A stretch of DNA of 64,000 nucleotides from Laetmonice hystrix. Taxonomy: Eukaryota. This document shows, in pieces, positions 1-11,274 of the stretch. Numbering within the stretch: position 1 is the stretch's first letter; each line of letters starts with the position of its first letter. Where the stretch lies: NCBI GenBank assembly GCA_965235115.1, contig OZ249444.1:6200001-6264000 (forward strand). The letters are read 5' to 3'. Made by a program: the position numbers and the translations under genes. The notes under the pieces were generated by a model. It did not search any database and was not told the origin of the DNA. It saw only the letters and a program-made list of their open reading frames with translations.

Positions 1-770
1 AATAGTGAGATATAAGTACACTAGAGAAAAATGTAAAAGAACAGTACATGAGCATTAAGGATGCTGAGATCTTTGTACTTACATACACATTACAATACTC
101 TAAATATGCCACTTTTTGTCCTCACAGAAGATTTCAATGAAGTATTAAAATTACTTTGTTACAAAGATTGCTCAATGTCAGTTGGAGACAATTAGGGAGC
201 GCGAGACTGTATATCTATAAAAATATGGAGCAGATAAAAAAGATTAGTTTTTAAAAAAATTGATAAATGAAATTGCCAGACGAGTGGCGGGGTAGAAAGC
301 AGCAGTTATTACTTATAACGTCACAGAAAGCCGCACCCCTCGTCGTTTAAACCCGACACAGCATACAGAGGGGCTGGGTCCCCAATGATAAAGAGAAGCA
401 CCAAATGAAACCCTGTGGTATAAGCACCAATCATAAGTACTTCTCAAGGAGGAATGTCCAAGTCGCCCCTTGTTATGAAACATGAGACTAGAATAAGGTG
501 TGAGCAAGGCTGAAGGCGAGCGGTGGCTGGAAGGACCCAGGCCGAGCGCCCAGTGGCTGAACAGACCGGGGTAGGGGTAGGCTGAGGGTTGGACTGTTTG
601 ACTACCTGATGGCTGAGTGGTAATTAACCTATGGCGGTGGTATATGGATGTTATGTACATTGGTACTGGTGGTGGTGGTAGTGGTGGTGGTGGCCTACGT
701 GTCCAGGAGAGACATGTGGGTGACGTACCCAGCTGACCTCCAATGACCTTTGACCTTGATTTGATTGCAG

Positions 771-797
771 TGAGAGACTGATGGCGACCTTGGGAAG
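771..797 (+). CDS. Candidate 27-nt exon ERLMATLGR in the PDZ2-PDZ3 interval
   Basis: ttgattgcag|...GGA AG|gtaggt; open only as phase 2 to 2, which fits the PDZ3 acceptor. Confidence 0.4.
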
Positions 798-1647
798 GTA
801 GGTGTACCGGCTCGGAACCCTCCCTAGACTGTTTAGACTATCCATCTGGCCAACCTCCGCCAGCTGTCTATCTTCCGCACTATCCATCTGGCCAGCCTCC
901 ACCGACTGGATGCTATACCACAAGCACAACTTGTGTTTAACACAATGTTTTCCATGCTACATTCGTATCATTAGAAATTACTTTTCACTTACGATAAGCA
1001 AAAGAAAGGTAGGAAAGTTTTGTTGAAACGTTAAACTGTTTGGAAAGTGCATGTTGTACACCAAGTTGTGCTTGTAAGGAGGATGCTGATTGGGTAATCG
1101 GTGCCCTCGTATTGACTGTATTATTAACCAGAACACGTCTTGACCTTGACCTTGTGCGTTCACCTGTCGTGACCCTGACCTACCAGACTGACCACGTATA
1201 CCTTGATTACATATCTGGTATTGTGTCTGATGCTGTCAGTGACTGGCGCCGTTGTCATTGTTTGATATGTATTGTATATGTTCAAATCTTCAGATCAGAA
1301 CAAAGGGTTTACGTGTACGGTCGACAGGTGATTTCAGGTGCAAAATTATACCCCCGATATATACAATGGAAATATGTCGGAAACTAAAATATGAGAAGGG
1401 TCATTATAGTTCAGGGTATAAACTACATCGTCATCACATATACATGTAATCAAAAATAAAAACAAATACAGAAAAAAAAACCCATCAAAGAACACTCGGT
1501 CGTCAGCATTGTTAGACATGATTTTGTTTCGTCTTGAAATTCTGGCTTTTGAAATTTTGAATTTTCGGTCTTAGTTTTTTGTGCCACGCGTGGTTCAATT
1601 CTTCCCCTATAGAATTCTATTTACATTTTGTAGTCAGGTCTAGATTT

Positions 1648-1798
1648 GGGCCCGGTTTTTTGGTTGAGCTTGAGTCGAGGTTTGAGACGAAAACCTCGTC
1701 TCAAGCTCACGGCCCTATGAGTCGACTCACTGGGCCGTGAGCTTGAGACGAGGTTTTCGTCTCAAACTTGACTCAAGCTCAACCAAAAAAACGGGCCC
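1648..1798. mobile_element. Near-perfect palindromic MITE (151 bp)
   Basis: gggcccggttttttggttgagcttgagtc...gactcaagctcaaccaaaaaaacgggccc; the whole element folds back on itself. Confidence 0.8.
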
Positions 1799-1931
1799 TG
1801 GTGTTCCATGGGTTACATAACAACCCCCCCCCCCCTTCTCTCTCTCTCCTCTGTGGTGTTGGGTAGATTTGTGAATGTCTGACTGCATGAAGGCTGTTCA
1901 CTGTTCGCCCAAGATACAGCTCTTGAGTTTT

Positions 1932-2013
1932 GGGGCCCAGTTTTTCTAAAACTTAAGTTTTGCTTGGTACAAGCGTTATGCTTAAACAAGTTAAGTTTTG
2001 AAAAATCGGGCCC
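1932..2013. mobile_element. Short palindromic MITE
   Basis: gggcccagtttttctaaaacttaa...ttaagttttgaaaaatcgggccc. Confidence 0.65.
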
Positions 2014-2921
2014 TGCAGTCTCCTTAGACTAGAGGTGGTGGTTGAGTCACTTGATTTATGACACGACAAACACATGAACATTTTGAGGGTTTCCCAACAA
2101 TTTTGCATCATACAGTGTACATATGTAACTAGTTTTCGCGGTGAATGTTGCATGTAACTGATATACTTCACTGAGACGAGCTATATCACAGAAAGAAAAC
2201 ACATCCTTTTCCTGTGTCCTTATTTAGCTGTGTCGCAAAGTGTTGTCTGCCCGTGCATCGTGGTCATGGTTTTAGTTCTGTCGTCTTTCAACATTGCAGT
2301 TTTTATCAGTCATCAGTTTTAAACCTCCAGCAATAAACACAACAGGACAAAAGGCAACAGGACACTATACTACACCCAGTGAACAAATGTGGGCGTTACA
2401 AGGACATAAAAACAAGAATATGCGAATTTATGTGAACTAATAATGATCATTAATTACATGTGAAGATTACCTGAGTTGGCGACACCATCAACAGGTCCTA
2501 TATCGACCGTAGTCTCACGTGCCAGTCCCCTACGACAGACTCTGATCTTGTACGGAATGTTCGCGAATATTCTTGTTTCAGAAAATAATTCATTCACTCC
2601 ACCCAAAGAACAATGTGTTATTAATTTGCCAGGTATGGTCAGGATGTGTACCGCGTGATTTGAAAATTCTGGTATTCGGTTTGTAGACCTCGACAGGTGA
2701 TAGTGTCACAGTGTTAAACGGGGTGCTGTTTGCCAATTATTGAATTATGCTTCCCCTGAAAGAGGCCGACATCTACATGGATTGCCAAGTTTGCTTCATA
2801 CGTAAAATCTGTACCACCTCTTGACACTACCATCGGTGAAAGGTCTGCCTGAACTGATCATTTATGTTTATACGAAAGCAAACTGCAGTGTCAGTCAGGT
2901 TTTAAACCAGTCTGCCACACA

Positions 2922-3115
2922 ATGCTAAAGTGGGCATTATCGAAAATATGTAGAGCTCTCTCTAGACAAGCAAGCCAAGCTCCCGACGGCAGACAGACTG
3001 TATCACTGGGCCCCAGGCATCGATCACAGTACCCCCTACTTCACCCTCACCCACCTACCCCCTCTCCCGACAAAAAGAATGAAAAAGAGAAAAAACCTCC
3101 TCCTACCCCGCTCAG
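2922..3115 (+). CDS. Candidate alternative first exon MLKWALSKICRALSRQ...KKPPPTPLR
   Basis: ATG-initiated 64 codons ending CTC AG|gtgaac, phase 2. Confidence 0.45.
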
Positions 3116-3512
3116 GTGAACCAGGACACTGGCAGTGATATATATTAACTTGTCATCGAAAGTCGGCAGGTGGCCAACCAGAATCTCAAGATCCAGAGAC
3201 TATCAACAGGCAGTTCGTCATCACAGACGTCTACAGAAGGACCCGTTTAATTACATTAATAACAAACTGTCCTGTACGACAGATTGGCACAGAATAATTC
3301 CACGTGCTTTCTTCTCCAAGTAATCTGCCAGGCTCAGCTTATCCCCCCCCCCCGCTTTGTCAAGCCGAGTAGGGGAAAACGTAACTTCATCCTCAATTTC
3401 CATTAAAATGTAACAATGTTATGATTTGTAATTGATCTTAAAAAAAAGGATTTGATTTGTCCTAAGAGTTCTGGGTGCATGTAGGTCGATGCACAGTGGT
3501 GATTGCCGAGAG

Positions 3513-4050
3513 CAGACCACCCTCCAATCATCAGTGAGTGATTGGTAACAGACGGGTTTATCAAATCAGACCACCCTCCAATCATCAATGAGTGATTGGT
3601 AACAGACGGGTTTATCAAATCTGACCACCTCCAATCATCAGTGAGTGATTGGTAGCAGACGAGTTTATCAAATCAGACCACCCTCCAATCATCAGTGAGT
3701 GATTGGTAACAGACGAGTTTATCAAATCAGACCACCCTCCAATCGTCATGAGTGATTGGTAGCAGACGAGTTTATCAAATCAGGCCACCCTCCAATCATC
3801 AGTGAGTGATTGGTAACAGACGAGTTTATCAAATCAGACCACCCTCCAATCATCAGTGAGTGATTGGTAACAGACGAGTTTATCAAATCAGACCACCCTC
3901 CAATCATCAGTGAGTGATTGGTAACAGACGAGTTTATCAAATCAGACCACCCTCCAATCATCAGTGAGTGATTGGTAACAGACGAGTTTATCAATTCAGA
4001 CCACCCTCCAATCATCAGTGAGTGATTGGTAACAGACGAGTTGATCAAAT
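3513..4050. repeat. 54-bp minisatellite, about 10 copies
   Basis: Unit atcagaccaccctccaatcatcagtgagtgattggtaacagacgagtttatcaa. Confidence 0.95.
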
Positions 4051-5132
4051 CTGGGGTTTGTCCTGATGTGTCGACGTCATCACAATCTTTACCTCCTTCA
4101 TCTTACCGACCAGTCGGCAGACGATAATGACACGGGTGAGCTGGGATTCAGATAACACGGCCCATTAGGTTGGCGTCATGGAATTTGTAGTCGTCATGGG
4201 CAACGGGCAGTGACAGTTGTACCTAGCAACAGGTGCCGGACTATCCTGCGGAAGGTGACCCCATTTTTAAACCTCATTCCCTGACCCCTGTAGATTCTCC
4301 ATGAGATGATGCATGTCTGATGCCAAAATATGAGGTGGGTAATATGGTTATTATTAGTGATTTGGTTTCTTAGATACGAATTTAAGGGGGTCAACTTTAT
4401 TTGGCCTGATGAAAGTAAAATATATTTGGTCTGTTTTTCGATGTATTGCCTATTGGAGTAGCCGTTTGGGGGTTGTTTGGGTTTCACGACGATATTGATT
4501 AATGAGAACCGACGGGACATTGACAACTCCTGGACGGTCGCCGGGAGGTCTGCCTGGATGTGGCCAGGTGTGGGTCAAGGGGTCAAGGGGTCAACTCCTG
4601 ACATGTCACATCCAGCACACGGCCGGGACATACGATCCTCGCTCCCAGCCGTAGCTCTCGTACCGCCATTCACAGCTCCCTGCTGGCCTGGACTGATAGT
4701 CAGGAATGGTCGGTGACACTTGAAAGGGTCAGTAGACTGGGTTAATTTAAGATGAAAGTTAAAAGCTGGAAGATGCTGTGAATGACGCGAGGTATGACAT
4801 AGAGACGTGAGAAGTGTTTTCTCACGCTGCTGTCGTCTGATCAGTTGAGATGAAAGAGGAGGGTTGTTTTATGACGTCATTAACCTCTTCCCAGCTGGGT
4901 GTGGAGTGTGTGTCAGGTTCGAGACCCCCAACAGGTGTTGTAAGGGTCGGGGGCGGGGCTGGTTGGGGCGCAGGACCAGGGTCGGTGTGAAGGACCTGGA
5001 TTCCTTGGTTATGCAGGTCCTTTGTGGTATAAGACAATAAAATGAAGAAAATAAGAATGGATTAGGGTTAAGGTTAGGATTAGGGATTATCAAGAAATAT
5101 TTAAATAATACAACATCACGGAATTCAAGTCC

Positions 5133-5350
5133 CTAGAATGCGGTCCGTGGATAGCATAAACGGATCATCTTCGTTTGCATGCGTTTCTTGTCCGTTTCTC
5201 GTTCGCCAAATGCGTTCCTTGTCAGGCGAGGTCCGTTCAATCCGGAGAAACGCTGAGGGCAACGAGTAGCAACGGAGACGACTTTCACCACCGGATGGTT
5301 AATTTTGACAAAGTTTCTGTCCGTCGCACGTCCGTGTGACAGGGCCATAA
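5133..5350. mobile_element. Probable truncated Harbinger-type MITE end
   Basis: Ends cgtgtgacagggcca-taa, resembling the Harbinger terminus plus TAA; the other end was not found. Confidence 0.35.
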
Positions 5351-8300
5351 GGGACCTTTATTTCGGGGCGACTTGGATTCCTTTCACACAGACAAGAAAC
5401 ATTGGGTAACAGGCTCCTTTGTTCATCCTCTGCCAATGGCCATCTTCAGTAATGGACACCATAATGTGGTAATTATGTCATTAGGTGAAGCAATTAATCC
5501 TTACATGGCGTCATGTCGTTTTATCCCACATTGTTGTGAAAGTGACACCAAAGAGTTCGGTTTGAATGTCGACACCAATTTCCTTGGCGGGTTTCCTTGG
5601 GTCTGTCCCAGAGAAGATGACATTTTCGGGCCTTCAGACAGTGTATCCAATCCATCCGTAACTTTCATTACATTGCTGGTTGCTCCTACATGTTCCTGGA
5701 GGAGGCCAGAAGAGGAAACTCAGGGAAGAGCGTTGTATCTAGGTTTTAATCTTAATATCTGTTAATTATCTTCCACCATCAGGGAGAGTCATTAGTACTC
5801 GTGGTGCCGAGTGGTTATACGTATCTACAATTTGTTGTTGCGGACATTCTGACAGGCCAGCCATGAAATGATGATAAGGAGATAACTGTCACCGATTTAC
5901 ACAGTTGTTATCGTGGTTAAGACAACATGGGAATTATCAGTCAGTCAGCCAAACTATAGATGTGATGGGGAGGAAAACATGTGAGTTAATTAATGCCTGG
6001 AGGCTCCAGAATCTGGTTACAATCTACCACAAAATCAACCATGAGTCGGTTGATGAAACGGGATCGTCTTGTCGGACTGGTAAGAGGACTCCGATTTGAA
6101 TTAAATGGAATTTTAACGGGGGAGGTAGTTTATAAAATGTAGTAGTCTCAAAAAAGAAGAGGCTAAGAAAATGTATGGGGAAATAGTGATGCGGTTATAT
6201 TTTATTTGTTGGTTCCAGGTGTATATAGCAGGGAAAGGATTTTTGCTCTAGTTTAATGAGGGAAGTGGTTGGGATAAGGGGGGAGTCGTTTTGGTCTGGA
6301 GGCAGATGTTTCTGGAGTCCAAGTGTAAAATGTGTTTTAGTTCAGAGTGGTGTTTTGTCCGTAGGTTGTGTAGTGTCGGGCTCATCGTGTCTGTAAACCT
6401 CATTAGGCGGGGGTTGGGAACTTGGGTCAACATCCTTCCTGTGACCAGTCAGCTAGAGGTGTGGGGTGGACCATAAATGAGCGCTTTTATAGGGGTTTTT
6501 ATAAAGGGGTTTGAATAGGAAGGCAGCTGAGCCCCCTCACCCACCCCCATCAGGTAGCGAGTGTGGTATGTAGGCTGATGACGGAATGTCATGCAAAGTG
6601 ACTGAGGGTGTGTTGGTTGTGGCGGGCGGCCCCTCGGGGCGAGGGTCTTGGTATCCACACAACCAGGGCCTGGGGGGTATGCTGGCTGACCCTCCCCCAC
6701 AGCACCAGACGAGAACCAGCAGGCGGTTAACGACTTAGCTTTGTTTAAATGGGTGTTATTATTTAGGAGCAAAAATGTGAAGTACGTCTTTGACTAGGGC
6801 GATAATGGGGGTATTTACAGAGTTGTATTAGGTTGTTTGGGGTGGGAATTATGGAGTGGCTTGACTTGTTGGGTCATGGCCAGGTGTTTCTATACGGGAT
6901 CAAACTGTGCGTGTGCTACTATGTGTACAGTCAACACACCAGGGTGTTGGTTTTAGCCACGTCCCCCGTCACTACAGCCCAGGTGGAATAAATTCCTGTT
7001 CAATGATAACTGTTCATATACCGGTAACTGCCAATACATGTACATGAAAACAACCCTTCCCACTGTATTTGTGTGAAGGATTCATTAATATAAGAACAAA
7101 TCAAGGACTGTTTTAATCCAGCGAACAACAAAAAACTTCTTAGTGGATCTACAAGATCAGTGAAATAATTTATATTCCTAGCCGGGGCGGGGGATATAGT
7201 GAGGATTATCATCGAAAGTGTCCGGAGCGGTGTATGAACTAGCCATAAATAACAGCTGCGGTTATATTCTAGCCGAAACATGGCCCAGTGATGAGAGATT
7301 AAGGCCAAGACCTCCTCCCTCAAGGGGAAACACACCATTTATTTACTCTTTATTGCAAAGCGTTGCCAAATTTAGACTTCGGGCTTGTTACAGTTGGACG
7401 TCAGAACAAGTCAGTTATTGGAATAAAAAATATTTGGAGTATCCAGGGGCAGACATGACCGTAACAAGGGCTCAGTCAGGATATTTGGACGCATTTAGAT
7501 TGAGAGAAAACACGAGTTGAGTTTGCAAGCATCAGCAAATGTTATTTTGTGCTGTTTCGCCCATATTTATCGAGCCTTCTATTTCGAATGCCGTTTGTCA
7601 AACATCTAATTTAAGATGTTTAATTGCAGTTGTTAGAAGATGTTTATTTTCCACAACCAATTAGGATCTAATCTGCAGGTATTAGAAATGGTTGGTGTGT
7701 CTTGGTAGATATTTTAATTGGTTTTGCTGCAGCAGAGTCCTTGATGTTATGACGTGGCAGGAGCATGGATTTAGATGGAGAGGAGCTACTGCCGATCAAA
7801 CCAAAGTATACCTTTATTGTCGACGTTATTTGTTAGATGAATTGATCGATTTAATAAATTTAATATTATACATGTACATTTGAAAGCAAAAATGTTGATG
7901 CGGGAAATTGTGAGCAAATTCTGATGAACAAATTGCGTCATGAAGTACAAAGTAACGTGTGTTATAATCGGGTTCCTAGGTGTAGTGGATTGTTTTTCCT
8001 GAATGTTGAATGCAAGCTGATGTTCAAATGAATATTTTACTCCGGATGTTGTGGAATGACTTGAGATAATACGTGAGGATTGGGCTCACACAGCGTGACT
8101 GTTTGTTCATGGTTACTGAGCCGTGACAGTCGAAAGTTGTCAGGTAAACGACCGAGTTAACTGCTAACAGATTGCATTGAGGGGACAGAAACTGGGAAGT
8201 ACCTCGGGAGTCGATTAGGGAACCCCTGGCTGTCTGCCAATCCGACCGTGACCGTCTCCCTTACAATAGGGGTGGTTGTGAATCAGGCATTGGCACAGGT

Positions 8301-9674
8301 GTGTGCACTGGCTTTGTATCCCTCCCCTTGAGGAAGTAGTTCCCCCTTGAAAAGGAGTGTAATTGGCCGTGCAGTTACGGGTTGTCTGTCGTTGAGAGGC
8401 CTGGGCGGAGAAATCCCAAAACATGGCTGCTCTCTCTGTTTGCTGGGGGTGTGCAGCCACTTCAGTGTGCGGGGTCAGAGAAACGCTTGCACGCCTCGCG
8501 CTGGGTCACCACTCCCCCGCGTCACTGCTCCGGCCGGCATGGCTGGCCAAACCCACCGGCACAGATGCAATCCGATTGGTTCCTGTTTAATTGACATTGG
8601 CGTTGATGACCTAAATAAGGACTATAGTGCACAGTGTGTCCTGTAGGGGACCGTCCTGCGTGGGACGGTACCTTGCCCGTGTACACACCGACTGAGTGAG
8701 AGAGTGCACTAAACAGCAGGGGGACCGAACAACTCAGTGTCATCAAATGGTCTATCTCTCTACGATATGCCATGACTTGGCGAGTTCTGCCACCAATGAG
8801 CGACTGAGTACATTGTGGAGTAACTTGGAGTAGCAGTCACGAGTATCAAGCCCAGTGGATCGACTCGCTGCATGGAGTGACAACTGTGCCAGACTTTTTC
8901 AATAGGACTAATTCATCTGATTCATCAACGTCCAGACACCCGGCCCAGATGGCAACTGTTGCTGCATTGTGTGAGTGTCACTCACACTCAAGGATGTTAC
9001 TCAACATTTGAAACAGTTTATTATGGAGTGTCAGGCTCACTACTATTCGGGACCACTGCCAAGTTTGACTCTACACAGAAGGAGGACCTCCAGAGAGGAG
9101 CGACCGACAGCTCTACTGATGCAATGAGGGAAAGTTAGGAGACAGTGCAGGGAGCAGAACAGCGAACCTGAACAGGTTGATAAGATTACATCGACCCCAT
9201 GTCGTGATCAATAACAATATGATCAGGGACCTGCTGATGTTAGAGCTACTGTGCGAGCCATGGAGTAAGTTTATCACGATAACCTAGTAATAACCACTCG
9301 ACGGCAACTCGACACCACTGGCACCAAGAGGAACAAGTCTCAAGTCCATAGTTTACAACGGGAATTAGGTCAGGTGTGCCTGGAATTAAATATCTCCCTG
9401 TTGTATCATATTGAGGGAGTAGACTCTTGGATACCAGGTTGTGGACGTGCACTGGCATACCAAGGGCTTCCAAAAGTAGGTCAAAGGTTGGGGTCATTGA
9501 TTTAATTCCTTCAGCGAACATTATAACTCGTTTTTCTCGGGTCAGACTTAGCGAGTGATATACCAGCACGTCTGAGGACTGTTTTACGTTACGTGACTAC
9601 ACCTGGGTGTATATGCGTGGCTTTGTTGATCCGGTGACAGCGTGGAGGTATTGTTTATTGTGTGCCAAACCTGC

Positions 9675-9706
<32 letters not shown>

Positions 9707-10326
9707 GTACGTACAGACGTATAGAGCGTGCGAGCAGTAAAACGACGTCAGCTGTGGGGAGGGCTGTTCCCAGCTGTCAGTGCAGGGGTCAGAACTTTAC
9801 GTTGACAAGGCTGTCAGTGCAGGGGTCAGAACTTTACGTTGACAAGGCCCATTCCGAGCTGAGACCCCGGTCCCAGCTGACACGCTCCTGTTCGGTAAGT
9901 TGGTTCCGTGACCCCGGGGTCAGAGCCGAACATGCCCGATTACAGCACCTCAGCGTTACGAGAACCACCTTGCGACGTTGGATGTATCCTGTCAACGGTT
10001 TACACCCGGGAGTGGAGTGAAACGTGAACCCACCCGGCATCCTGCTGGCTCCACTTGGCCAGACACTCGGCGCGGTCAAGGAGCAGGGAATGGTTCGGTT
10101 CTTCTACTCGAATTACAGCAGTCGCTAGGAAGTGTTCAGGGATTGTGGCGCTTGGATGTGTACCGGGATTATGGCGTAATTATATGCCATTGGATTACGC
10201 CCTTGGATTACGTACTTGGATTACGTACTTGGATTACGCAAGGACAACAAAAGTGTATACATTTAGGATAACTACACTGATTGTGTATACACAGCAGGAT
10301 AACCACATTGAGTGGATCGCCTGGGA

Positions 10327-10432
10327 ATAACGGCAGTGAGTTGTGTGCATTAACGGCAGTGAGTTGTGTGCATTAACGGCAGTGAGTTGTGTGCATGTAA
10401 GATAACGGCAGTGAGTTGTGTACACAAGGATA
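10327..10432. repeat. 23-bp tandem repeat, about 4 copies
   Basis: aacggcagtgagttgtgtgcatt. Confidence 0.85.
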
Positions 10433-11274
10433 GCCACAGTTAATACAACCAGGATTACAGTCGTACGTGGTCTGGTGGTCAGTGTGGTCATCACCAGACC
10501 CGAGTGTGGATAAAGGATGACCAGCCTTGACCACATCCTATAGGAACGGATGGTGACTGAGAGCAATACCGTGGGAGCAGGGTGAAACTGTACATCATCA
10601 AACTGAAGTGTGGTCGTCGTCCCATGATCAGGCTGACGCTGAGCAGTGGGGTGTGATAAGAACGTAGCTCCCACCATCTTGTACCAGGGGGTCAGTTAGT
10701 TACCCCCACCCCCACGCCCGATTCCACCCCGCCTCTGCCTGCGAGGTTTATGTTTTCCCAGTGGCACCAGCTGGGGATTTCTTTGAACCAGCCGCCCCAT
10801 GATATTGTTGCCATCATCCACGTGTCCCTGTGGAGTATCGTCGCTGGGCTGTGAACCGGCTCCTGGCGCTGGTGTCGGAGTCTCGTGTCGGGACCGTCCG
10901 TGGTCAGCGCAGGCAGTGGCAATCCTAGCACGCTTATTACACACGTCCGTCATCACCATAAATGTCCACCGGCCAAATTGACATCGGTCATTGTTATTAG
11001 TGCCGCCAGCAATGCCATCAAATTTTGATGTGTTTTCGTGGTCTGTGGTTGTTGAAATACCTGCAAATCTGTTATATCTGAGGCAGCCATTCCTTATATG
11101 CAACGAAGCTGAAAATTCCTCAGCACAAAATCTACTTTGAATATGGGTCTAGTGCATTGCATGAGTGCTGTAAAATTTCAAAAGAAAAATTCATTTACAT
11201 GTAGTTGCGCCCATACCAGTGGTGTGTTTGCCGGAGTAAAAGTGACATAGGGAAAAAATTGTACGTAGTTTAAA

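Noticed and set aside
3513-4050. CRISPR-like appearance of regularly spaced repeats (this and the other arrays)
   Set aside because: No unique spacers, no cas genes, eukaryotic intron context.
5057-5090. Telomere-like TTAGGG variants (also one per unit in 49320-49983)
   Set aside because: Too short and degenerate to call an interstitial telomere.
5770-8150. Possible degenerate - strand LINE (EGGGLGL-like peptide near 7310)
   Set aside because: Only one short motif across stops and frameshifts; no RT core motifs recognised. Needs a Dfam/Repbase search.
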